DNA of 64,000 bases from Burkholderiales bacterium (GTDB taxonomy: Bacteria; Pseudomonadota; Gammaproteobacteria; Burkholderiales; Casimicrobiaceae). Shown in pieces: positions 27,942 to 36,398 of this stretch. The notes below the pieces were generated by a model that saw only the letters and a program-made list of their open reading frames with translations, ran no database searches and was not told the DNA's origin. A program made the translations under genes and the position numbers. Every line of letters begins with the position of its first letter. The stretch's first letter is position 1. The stretch is from positions 10,502 through 74,501 of the forward strand of contig JAITMR010000073.1 in NCBI GenBank assembly GCA_031277215.1. The letters are read 5' to 3'.

Positions 27942-29951
27942 ATGATTCCTGAAATTGGGCAATTTGCATTGGTTCTGGCGGCGTTGCTGATGGTTGTGCA
28001 AGGCACCTTGCCGCTGGTGGGAGCTTCGAAAGGCATTTCGGCGTGGATGACGCTGTCGCGCCGTACCGCACAAGGTGCGTTTTTCTTTTTGGCGCTGGCA
28101 TTGGGTTGTTTGATTTATTCGTTCATCGTCAATGATTTTTCGGTGCTGAACGTGGCAAACAACTCCAACACCAAATTGCCGGTGATTTACCGGATCGCCG
28201 CGTCGTGGGGGTCGCACGAAGGGTCGATCCTGATGTGGGTGTTCATGCTGGGACTATGGTCGTGCGCGGTCAGTATTTTCTCCAAGCATCTGCCCGAAGA
28301 GATGACTGCGCGCGTTTTGGGCGTGATGGGGCTGGTCACCACGGGGTTGCTGTTTTTTTTGCTATTGACGTCGAATCCGTTTGACCGGATTTTCCCAGTG
28401 CCGCTCGAAGGGCGCGATCTGAATCCGTTGTTGCAAGACATCGGGATGATCTTGCACCCGCCAATGCTGTACATGGGTTACGTCGGATTTTCGGTGGCGT
28501 TCGCGTTTGCCATTGCGGCACTTCTGGGCGGTCGGCTCGACGCGACTTGGGCGCGTTGGTCAAGGCCGTGGACGACGCTGGCCTGGTGTTTTCTGACGGT
28601 CGGTATTCTGATCGGAAGCTGGTGGGCGTATTACGAATTGGGCTGGGGCGGCTGGTGGTTTTGGGACCCGGTTGAAAACGCTTCACTGATGCCCTGGCTG
28701 GTCGGTACGGCGCTGATTCACTCGTTGGCGGTGACCGAAAAGCGCGGGACGTTCAAAGTGTGGACGGTGTTGTTGGCGATCTGCACGTTTTCGCTGTCGC
28801 TGCTCGGCACGTTCCTGGTGCGTTCGGGAGTGCTGACTTCGGTGCATGCGTTTGCGACCGACCCGCAGCGCGGTATGTTCATTCTGACGTTTCTGGCGCT
28901 GGTGATCGGCGGCTCGCTGGCGCTGTTTGCGTTTCGGGCGCCGAAAGTAGGCACGGCCGGAACATTCAAAATCATTTCGCGGGAATCCGCATTGCTTGCC
29001 AATAACGTCTTGCTGACGGTGGCGTGCGGAACGGTATTGCTCGGTACATTGTATCCGCTGTTTCTCGACGCGCTGAAGCTCGGCAAGATTTCCGTCGGCC
29101 CTCCGTATTTTGAAGCGGTGTTTGTGCCGCTGATGGCGCCGCTGGTGTTTTTGATGGGCGTCGGCGCGGTGGCGCGTTGGAAAGAATCAACGTTGCCAGA
29201 TCTGTGGGCACGGCTGCGCTGGGCAGCGGTGATTACGCTCGTCGCGGCGGTGGCGTTGCCGTTTATTCTCGGTCGCACATCGCCAACAAGCGTTGCGCTG
29301 CTGGCGCTCGGTTTTGCGATGGCGTTTTGGATCGTAACTGCGTCGCTGGCCGGTTTCTTCGATCGCGTCAAGCATGTTGAAGGCGGTTTCAGAGAAAAAC
29401 TGGCGCGGCAACCGCGCAGTTTCTGGGGAATGTTCGCAGCGCATATCGGTGTGGCGGTGTTCATCATCGGTGTGACCGTGGTCAAAGGCTTTGAAGCCGA
29501 GCGCGATGTGCGGATGATGCCGGGTGATACGGTGAGCGTGGGCGGGTACACCTTCCGCTTTGAAAGCATTGAAGACCGTAGCGGCCCCAATTACCATGCA
29601 ACGCGAGGAACCTTTGAATTGAGCAAAGACGGAAAAGCGATACGCAAACTGTACCCTGAAAAACGGGTGTATTTCGCACACGGAATGCCGATGACCGAAG
29701 CGGCGATTGACAGCGGCTTTTTCGGAGATCGTTATGTTTCTCTGGGTGAGCCGATCAACGACGGCAAGCAATCATGGAGCGCTCGCGTTTATCACAAGCC
29801 TTTTGTGACCTGGATTTGGTACGGCAGCCTTCTGATGACGCTGGGCGGACTGCTGGCAATTTCCGACCGCCGTTATCGGGTGAGCGCACGGCGCGAAACG
29901 GCAAAACCGTCCCTGTCGCCGCTGGAACCGGCGAAACTGGAGAAAGCATGA
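27942..29951 (+). CDS. ccmF: cytochrome c heme lyase subunit CcmF
   Basis: 669 aa with the WWD motif WGGWWFWDPVENASLMPW. Confidence 0.95.
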   Translation: MIPEIGQFALVLAALLMVVQGTLPLVGASKGISAWMTLSRRTAQGAFFFLALALGCLIYSFIVNDFSVLNVANNSNTKLPVIYRIAASWGSHEGSILMWVFMLGLWSCAVSIFSKHLPEEMTARVLGVMGLVTTGLLFFLLLTSNPFDRIFPVPLEGRDLNPLLQDIGMILHPPMLYMGYVGFSVAFAFAIAALLGGRLDATWARWSRPWTTLAWCFLTVGILIGSWWAYYELGWGGWWFWDPVENASLMPWLVGTALIHSLAVTEKRGTFKVWTVLLAICTFSLSLLGTFLVRSGVLTSVHAFATDPQRGMFILTFLALVIGGSLALFAFRAPKVGTAGTFKIISRESALLANNVLLTVACGTVLLGTLYPLFLDALKLGKISVGPPYFEAVFVPLMAPLVFLMGVGAVARWKESTLPDLWARLRWAAVITLVAAVALPFILGRTSPTSVALLALGFAMAFWIVTASLAGFFDRVKHVEGGFREKLARQPRSFWGMFAAHIGVAVFIIGVTVVKGFEAERDVRMMPGDTVSVGGYTFRFESIEDRSGPNYHATRGTFELSKDGKAIRKLYPEKRVYFAHGMPMTEAAIDSGFFGDRYVSLGEPINDGKQSWSARVYHKPFVTWIWYGSLLMTLGGLLAISDRRYRVSARRETAKPSLSPLEPAKLEKA

Positions 29952-30484
29952 AGAAAAAGTTACTGTTGCTGATTCCGCTGCTGGTGTTTTTTGTACTGGC
30001 GGGTTTTTTCGTCGCTGGATTGGGGCTTAATCCGCGAGAAATTCCTTCGCCGCTGATCGGCAAGCCGGCGCCTGCGTTTTTGCTGCCGGATTTGAACGCG
30101 CCGGAAAAAATGGTGACGGAGAAAGATTTTCTCGGCCAGGTGTGGCTGCTCAACGTCTGGGCATCATGGTGCGTTTCATGTAAAACGGAGCATCCGTCAC
30201 TGGCTGAACTTGCGAGAACCAATGAAGTGTCGATCGTCGGAATGCTCTACAGGGATAAGCCTGAAAACGGAAGCGAATGGTTGCGGCAACATGGCGATCC
30301 GTACACGGCATCAATTGCGGACGCCAATGGCAGCGTCGGAATCGATTTCGGTGTGATCGGAACACCTGAAACCTTTTTGATCGACAAGCAAGGCATTATT
30401 CGCTACAAACAAACCGGCCCGATCAACGAAGAGGTGTTGAATAAAAAGATCATCCCGATGATCAAGGAGCTGAAACAGCAATGA
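29948..30484 (+). CDS. ccmG: thiol:disulfide oxidoreductase CcmG/DsbE
   Basis: N-terminal anchor, WASWCVSCKTEHP active site, and GVIGTPETFLID. ATGA overlap with ccmF. Confidence 0.9.
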   Translation: MKKKLLLLIPLLVFFVLAGFFVAGLGLNPREIPSPLIGKPAPAFLLPDLNAPEKMVTEKDFLGQVWLLNVWASWCVSCKTEHPSLAELARTNEVSIVGMLYRDKPENGSEWLRQHGDPYTASIADANGSVGIDFGVIGTPETFLIDKQGIIRYKQTGPINEEVLNKKIIPMIKELKQQ

Positions 30485-30969
30485 GAAAAGCAATGAAAGG
30501 TTTTCTTCTGGCTTGCGCGATAAGCGTGATGGGCTGTTGGGGCGGCATGGCTGTTGCCGACGAAGCGGTGCCGACGGAAAACGATCCGATCGCGCAAAAG
30601 CGTGCGGTAGAACTGGCGGCAAAGCTGCGCTGCCTGGTGTGCCAGAATCAGTCGATTGCCGAATCGGATGCGGAGCTGGCCGTCGATTTGCGACAACAGG
30701 TACGCGAGCAAATTGCCGCTGGCAAGAGCGACAAAGAAATCATTACCTTCATGACCGACCGCTACGGCGATTTTGTTTTGTACGAACCGCCAATGAAACC
30801 GGCGACACTATTGCTGTGGATTGGCCCGTTGCTGTTGCTGGTAGCAGGAGTGATGGCGATGACTTTTCTTCTGCGCGGTCGCAGTCAGGCGGAGGCAGCG
30901 TCAGCGCCGTTGACGGAGGCCGAACAGGCGCGAGCGGCAGCGTTGCTCGAAGGGCGCGAATCAAAGTGA
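30481..30969 (+). CDS. ccmH: CcmH (NrfF-like) heme lyase subunit
   Basis: Signal peptide, the LRCLVCQNQSIAESD motif and a C-terminal TM helix. ATGA overlap with ccmG. Confidence 0.9.
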   Translation: MRKAMKGFLLACAISVMGCWGGMAVADEAVPTENDPIAQKRAVELAAKLRCLVCQNQSIAESDAELAVDLRQQVREQIAAGKSDKEIITFMTDRYGDFVLYEPPMKPATLLLWIGPLLLLVAGVMAMTFLLRGRSQAEAASAPLTEAEQARAAALLEGRESK

Positions 30970-31054
30970 ACCACATACATCTTCATGTTTCGTTGGTTTT
31001 GCCTCGTCTGAGAATGGATGCAGTCCACAATACCGAACGGAAAGGAGAAGTGAC

Positions 31055-31963
31055 GTGATCGGATTTCTGGTAGTTGCTCTCGTATTGACCGCGCTTGCGT
31101 GCGTGTGGATTTTTGTGCCGCTGTTCAAGGGGCGTATCGGCAAAGACGGTGCGCCGGAACACGGTCAGGCCAATTTGCAGATTTTGCGCGATCAATGGGA
31201 AGAACTCGAAAACGACCACCGCACTGGCGCGATCGGCGATGCCGAGCTGGCTGAAGCGCGGGCCGAGCTTGAACGCCGGACACTGGAAGAGGCAGCGCTT
31301 CAAAAACAAGTGACGATGATCCAGGAAGCGCCACTGCGGAAGTCGGCCATCATCTGGGCTGTCGCAGGATCGCTGATGGTGTTGTGCGTGGCAGGCGTAT
31401 TTTACGCCGTGGTCGGGACACCGTCAGCGTTTGATCCGAAAGTGGCGACCACGGAAGCGGCGGAAAAAAGCCACCATGATTTTTCACCCGCGCAAATGGA
31501 GGAAATGTTGAACGCTTTTGCTGCCAAGATGGAAAACGAGCCAGACAACATTGAAGGCCATATGATGCTGGCGCGTTCGTATGCACAGGTCGGCAGGTAC
31601 ATACAAGCAGGAGCGACATATGAAAAAATTCTTGAACGTGTTCCCGATGAGGCCAATATCCTCGCCGATTATGCCGATCTGCTGGCGATGATGCAGAACG
31701 GTCGCTTGGACGGGCGGCCAATGGAACTGGTGGGGAGGGCGCTACAGGCCGATCCGACCCACTGGAAAGCGCTGGCGCTGGCGGGGACATATGCGTTCGA
31801 AAACCAGGATTACGCCCAAGCAGAGGCGTTCTGGGTACGGATGAAGGCGACCGTGCCCCCTGGTTCTGAAATCGCCCGCTCGATAGATGGCAGCATTGCC
31901 GAAGCACGGGCGCGGGCAGAGAGGGGGGCAAGCGCTTCCCTCGGGAACCCCTTGCCGGAGTGA
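31055..31963 (+). CDS. ccmI: CcmI, TPR-containing apocytochrome chaperone
   Basis: GTG start behind the RBS aaaggag. Two N-terminal TM helices are followed by a TPR region (HMMLARSYAQVGRYIQAGATYEKIL...). Confidence 0.8.
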   Translation: MIGFLVVALVLTALACVWIFVPLFKGRIGKDGAPEHGQANLQILRDQWEELENDHRTGAIGDAELAEARAELERRTLEEAALQKQVTMIQEAPLRKSAIIWAVAGSLMVLCVAGVFYAVVGTPSAFDPKVATTEAAEKSHHDFSPAQMEEMLNAFAAKMENEPDNIEGHMMLARSYAQVGRYIQAGATYEKILERVPDEANILADYADLLAMMQNGRLDGRPMELVGRALQADPTHWKALALAGTYAFENQDYAQAEAFWVRMKATVPPGSEIARSIDGSIAEARARAERGASASLGNPLPE

Positions 31964-32050
31964 CGTCGGATATCGAAATGCCGGACGGGGCGGCGCTATA
32001 GGAACGGCTCTATAGCGAAGAAGCCAAAAAAGCAAGAAAAATTTTTAGGT

Positions 32051-32080
32051 AAAGGCCACTCTTATCGGGTGGCCTTTTTG
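32051..32080 (+). terminator. rho-independent terminator after ccmI
   Basis: Stem aggccac/gtggcct with a 9-nt loop, followed by tttt. Confidence 0.65.
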
Positions 32081-32101
32081 TAACATTCTTTCCCTGTTTG
32101 T

Positions 32102-32115
32102 TTGACATAAATCAA
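32102..32115 (+). promoter_or_regulatory. FNR/CRP-family box TTGAC-ATAA-ATCAA
   Basis: It matches 9 of 10 positions of TTGAT-N4-ATCAA. Its centre lies about 125 nt upstream of the ONR start codon. Confidence 0.55.
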
Positions 32116-32233
32116 ATAACGGGGAAGGTGCCGCTTTGGAAATTCAAAACTCTTGCTAGACTCGCACAAACGGCATTGTCTGCTGTTTTTTTAGTAACGT
32201 CGTCTAACGCTGTTAACTGATAGGAGTTCCACC

Positions 32234-33889
32234 ATGAAGTACAATCTGATGGGTCTCTGGCGGCATGTAGTACTCGCGTGCGCATTGGGTCTTCTCGCTT
32301 TAGCTTCGCCAGCAATGGCGCAGCAAAAACCAAGAAACGTCAATGTGTCGCAATGTTACGCTTGTCACCAACCAATACAAGAGTTTCACGCAGGCAGTGC
32401 GCACAAGTCTGTTAATTGTGTGTCTTGCCATGGCAAGTTGAATGAGCACAATGCTAATGCATCCGTGCGTCCTACCACCGATGTCAATCCGGCAGCTTGC
32501 GGCACTTGCCACAAGAACCAGTTTGACACGGCATACCAGATGAACCCGAAGAAAAAAGCGCGTCATGAAAAAGCGCACAATGCGGGCCCGACACCTGATC
32601 CGGCATTCACCAAACTGATGATGCCGCACGGCTTTACCAAAGAGCATGCTGAGCCGCGTTCACACGCTTTCATGGTGATCGACCAGTACATTGCTGACCG
32701 TGCTTTCGGTGGCCGTTTCCAACCGAAGGATGGCTGGAGATGGTACGCAGATCAAAAAGGCGGCAACCTCAAGACTTGGGATATTCTGGTAGACAAACAT
32801 CCGGGCGAACCGCACAAAGCGTTCAAGCCTGGCTATGCAGCAGCAGCCAACCCGGTTTGTATGTCGTGCAAGTCGCAGGATCACATCCTTGACTGGGCGT
32901 ACATGGGCGATCCGGTACCGGGCGCTACATTCAGCCGTACATCGAACGTTCTGGATGTTGCCAAAGCGGTTAACTATGCGGTCAACTGCTTCATGTGCCA
33001 TGACCCGCACTCGGCCAAGCCGCGTGTTGTTCGTGACGCTCTGATCGACGCAATCACCACCCGGACAGACACACTGTTCCATAAGGATCCGCATGCGGCG
33101 AAGATTCAAGTCAAAGAACTTGGCCTCCGCGGCTTTACGCGCAAGATTGCGACGATGGACAAGTATGACATGAACCTGCAATGCGGTCAGTGCCACGTCG
33201 AATACAACTGTAACCCGGGTATCGACATGGCGACCAATGAAGGGGTCACAATGGCGGACCGCCGTACCAATCATTTCCCGTATGTTGACGTGTGGAATCT
33301 TGGGAAGCACTACAACGATCTCAAATTCCGTGATTTCAGACACGGGATCAGCGGTGCGAGACTGTGGAAAGCGCAGCATCCTGACGTAGAAGTGTTCTAC
33401 AACTCGAAGCACCAGATTGCCGGTGTTCAGTGTAACGATTGCCATATGCCGAAGACGAAAGACAAGGCTGGCAAGACCTACACGAAGCACTGGGTAACCT
33501 CGCCGAGGAACTACATCAAAGAAACCTGTTTGTCATGCCACAACGACTGGAACGAGAAGCAGGCTGAGTACATCATTGATGTCAAGAAGTATCGCTACTA
33601 CGGCAAGATGCGTCACATTGAGTTCTGGCTGTCCCGTTTGATCGACAAGATCGAAGAAGCCAGGAATCTGGGTGTTGATGCGGCGCTCATCGCAGAATCC
33701 CAGGAAGCGCATTGGGAAACGCACATCCATTGGGAATGGTGGGGTGCTGCCAACGGCGCATACTTCCACAACCAGGATCAAGCGGTTGACTCGATGAACT
33801 TCGGTATGGATATCGCACAGAAGATGATCGCCAAGCTCGACAAGGGAATGGCGGATCTGCGTGCTGCACGTCTGGCTAGCGGAAAATAA
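32234..33889 (+). CDS. octaheme cytochrome c nitrite reductase (ONR, TvNiR-like)
   Basis: Signal peptide present. The heme motifs occur in the order CYACH, CVSCH, CGTCH, CMSCK, CFMCH, CGQCH, CNDCH, CLSCH, so the fourth is CXXCK. A Y-N-C motif directly follows the sixth heme (CGQCHVEYNC). Confidence 0.85.
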   Translation: MKYNLMGLWRHVVLACALGLLALASPAMAQQKPRNVNVSQCYACHQPIQEFHAGSAHKSVNCVSCHGKLNEHNANASVRPTTDVNPAACGTCHKNQFDTAYQMNPKKKARHEKAHNAGPTPDPAFTKLMMPHGFTKEHAEPRSHAFMVIDQYIADRAFGGRFQPKDGWRWYADQKGGNLKTWDILVDKHPGEPHKAFKPGYAAAANPVCMSCKSQDHILDWAYMGDPVPGATFSRTSNVLDVAKAVNYAVNCFMCHDPHSAKPRVVRDALIDAITTRTDTLFHKDPHAAKIQVKELGLRGFTRKIATMDKYDMNLQCGQCHVEYNCNPGIDMATNEGVTMADRRTNHFPYVDVWNLGKHYNDLKFRDFRHGISGARLWKAQHPDVEVFYNSKHQIAGVQCNDCHMPKTKDKAGKTYTKHWVTSPRNYIKETCLSCHNDWNEKQAEYIIDVKKYRYYGKMRHIEFWLSRLIDKIEEARNLGVDAALIAESQEAHWETHIHWEWWGAANGAYFHNQDQAVDSMNFGMDIAQKMIAKLDKGMADLRAARLASGK

Positions 33890-33913
33890 GCTGGTAGATA
33901 AGCAGTTCTTCTG

Positions 33914-33945
33914 AAAAAACGGCGCCTTTGGGCGCCGTTTTTTTA
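33914..33945 (+). terminator. rho-independent terminator after ONR gene
   Basis: aaaaaacggcgcc-tttg-ggcgccgttttttt. Confidence 0.85.
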
Positions 33946-34136
33946 AATCCATTCCTCTCACGCAAGCACAAAAAATGAGTTGGGATCGGGAGCTATGGTA
34001 TTGATTGTTGATTCGGGGGCGCGCCGTCTCCCCCACATGGCTTGACAGGGTGCAGCCCTCTTATCTGCCCGATCTGATCCTCAATACCCCGATCCCTGCT
34101 ACAATGACACCAACTTATTAATTAAGCAGGTGCAAG

Positions 34137-34721
34137 ATGCTGGATCGGGATGGTTATCGACCGAGCATCGCTATCGTGATCGCCAACGCCAGAAACCAGG
34201 TTTTCTGGGGAAAGCGGCTTCGTGAGCATTCCTGGCAGTTTCCGCAAGGCGGTATCGACCTTGACGAAGCTCCGGAAGAAGCGATGTACCGGGAGCTATG
34301 GGAAGAAGTGGGTCTTTCCCCGCAGCACGTCCGTATTCTGGGGCGAACGCGCGACTGGTTGCGCTACCATGTGCCGCGACAATGGGTGCGGCGCGAGTGG
34401 CGCGGTAATTACCGTGGGCAAAAGCAGATCTGGTATCTGCTGCGTTTTGTCGGTCGCGATTCCGACATCAATCTGCGGGTGACCGAGAAGCCCGAATTCG
34501 ATGCCTGGCGCTGGCACGATTATCAAGTGCCGCTTGATGCCGTGATCGAATTCAAGCGCGACGTTTACAGAAACGCGCTACAGGAACTGGAGCGTTTTCT
34601 GTACCGGCGTTCCAGAAATCAGGGATCAGGAGCCAGGGATCAAAGATCAGAGATCAGAGGCTCGGGATCAGAAATCAGGAATCAAGACTCAAATGCTTCG
34701 TCGTCACTTCGCGCAGAATGA
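34137..34721 (+). CDS. rppH: RNA pyrophosphohydrolase (Nudix)
   Basis: MLDRDGYRP...WQFPQGGI and the Nudix box [13 protein letters not shown]. The last ~35 aa are read from the heptamer repeat array. Confidence 0.9.
   Translation: MLDRDGYRPSIAIVIANARNQVFWGKRLREHSWQFPQGGIDLDEAPEEAMYRELWEEVGLSPQHVRILGRTRDWLRYHVPRQWVRREWRGNYRGQKQIWYLLRFVGRDSDINLRVTEKPEFDAWRWHDYQVPLDAVIEFKRDVYRNALQELERFLYRRSRNQGSGARDQRSEIRGSGSEIRNQDSNASSSLRAE
34613..34690. repeat. tandem array of ~11 RRATCAG heptamers
   Basis: cagaaatcagggatcaggagccagggatcaaagatcagagatcagaggctcgggatcagaaatcaggaatcaagactc. Shorter arrays occur at 259-286, 8382-8403, 36331-36381 and 43999-44042. Inverted arrays occur at 24904-24920 and 44732-44750. 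Confidence 0.85.
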
Positions 34722-35163
34722 CAGCGCGTGGTAGCGCCGCAGGCAGGCAACATGAGTAACCGTCGGAACCGGCGGAGATGAGAAGTTGCCCCTCTCCCGC
34801 AAGTGGGCAAGGGGCGGCATTTCTCTCCTCTCTCCCTTTTGGGGAGAGAGGGTGAACCTCCACCCAAAATCGCTGTGTGATTGGGCGGAAAAAGACGCTG
34901 GATTCCCGCCAAAGTTGTCCCCGCAGCGATTTTGGGCGGGGATGCACACGGGAATGCCTTTCTCCGCGCCTTCGCGTGAATCTTTCCCCGGAATTCCACG
35001 ATGCGCCAAATTTAATGTGGGGCTTGAAGGATTTGGACTAATTCCATAAACCGGAAACTCCTTGCATGCGCACTTGATTCGTGCGGTCTTTTTCAGGTGA
35101 CTATATGCCCTAAACCCATAGACCCCAAACCCATTTCTAATCAAGCACTTATTCTATTGGCAG

Positions 35164-35186
35164 CCATTAGAAATCGTTTCTAATGG
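35164..35186. repeat. perfect 10-bp-stem hairpin ccattagaaa-tcg-tttctaatgg
   Basis: Seen directly in the sequence. A third copy of the arm (tttctaat) is at 35134-35141. The hairpin lies 11 nt downstream of the tsaC stop and has no U tract. Confidence 0.7.
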
Positions 35187-35196
35187 GAAATCTGGG

Positions 35197-36216
35197 TTAA
35201 TTTGTTTTGGTCGTCGCGCGTAATAAACGATCTCGCACCGCCAGCCATTCGGTGGTTGTCGGGACATCCTCGATCAACAAAACATCGTCGCCATGCGTGT
35301 CTAACGTGCGCAGAGCCGCGTAGAGCGCACGCGCGTAACCGGAGATGCTAACCGGTGCAACGATGGTGTGCGCGGCGTGTTCGAGCGCGGGGGCGGTGCG
35401 CAACAGCGCTGCCACGCTCTTGCCTTCTTGGTGGTAGCGGCAACAAATGGCATCCAATGCTTCGGCGGCGACGAGTTCTGCCGGTGTACGCGGCGCGTAA
35501 TGAGACGCCAATGTCCCTGATGCACGCGGCGCGGCAGCGGTTTTAGTACAGTCCAGACGTTGCAGCGAAATGCCCAACGTTGCTTCGAGCGTCGCCAGCG
35601 GCAGTGAGCCGGGGCGCAGCAACAGCGGTGTATCTCCGGTGAAGGCGATGATGGTGCTTTCAATGCCATGTTCGCAAGAGCCGCCATCGACGATTAACGC
35701 AACACGGTTTTGTAAATCGTCGGCGACGTGCTGCGCGGTGGTCGGAGAAACATGACCGAAACAGTTGGCCGACGGCGCGGCGATACCGCGTCCGCCCTGC
35801 GCGGTGAACGCTTGCAGCAAACGCCTTGCGACCGGATGCGACGGCATCCGAATACCGATGCTGTCCTGGCCGCCGGTGATGGTGTCGCTGACGTGCGCGG
35901 CACGCGGCAAGATCAGCGTCAACGGGCCTGGGCAGAAACGAGCGATGAGTTTTTGAGCAGGCTCGGGAATGTCATGCGCCCAGAACGCAAAGTCTTCCGC
36001 AGCGGCGACGTGAACGATCACTGGGTGATCGGCAGGCCGTCCCTTGGCGGCGAAGATTTTGGCGACAGCAGTGGGGTTGCCTGCGTCGGCGCCAAGACCG
36101 TAAACCGTTTCCGTCGGGAAAGCGACGAGTTCACCGGCGCACAGCAAGGCGGCGGCGTGCTTTAACGTGGCGTCGGACGCGAGTGCGATAGACGAGGAAG
36201 ATGGAGAGACGGTCAT
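35197..36216 (-). CDS. tsaC: L-threonylcarbamoyladenylate synthase, long Sua5-type
   Basis: YrdC domain (FPTETVYGLGADA, KGRPADHPVIVHV) plus a C-terminal Sua5 domain. 339 aa. Confidence 0.85.
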   Translation of the reverse strand: MTVSPSSSSIALASDATLKHAAALLCAGELVAFPTETVYGLGADAGNPTAVAKIFAAKGRPADHPVIVHVAAAEDFAFWAHDIPEPAQKLIARFCPGPLTLILPRAAHVSDTITGGQDSIGIRMPSHPVARRLLQAFTAQGGRGIAAPSANCFGHVSPTTAQHVADDLQNRVALIVDGGSCEHGIESTIIAFTGDTPLLLRPGSLPLATLEATLGISLQRLDCTKTAAAPRASGTLASHYAPRTPAELVAAEALDAICCRYHQEGKSVAALLRTAPALEHAAHTIVAPVSISGYARALYAALRTLDTHGDDVLLIEDVPTTTEWLAVRDRLLRATTKTN

Positions 36217-36398
36217 GAACGATGCGAAAAACGGCGGCCAAAATGAAAGCCTAAGTGAAAAGCCGGGAATTTGCTACAATTATAAGTTTCCTCCCTCTAT
36301 CGCTTGCGGGAGAGAATCTAGGGTAGAGGGTATCAGAAAGTAGCTCAGGGATCATGCGGATGCCTGAGTCCTGATCCCGGGATTAGGCAACAGGAGTC

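Noticed and set aside
34704-35144. 146-aa minus-strand ORF (and overlapping 87-105-aa ORFs) in the rppH-tsaC spacer
   Set aside because: The reading frames run through stacked palindromic repeats. There is no RBS, no motif and a mixed composition, so these are most likely non-coding.
36217-36398. Possible SAM-responsive riboswitch in the metK leader
   Set aside because: Hairpins are present, but they belong to the same CTCCC...GGGAG and GATCAG repeat families seen elsewhere. I could not recognise any conserved SAM riboswitch core, and a covariance-model scan would be needed.
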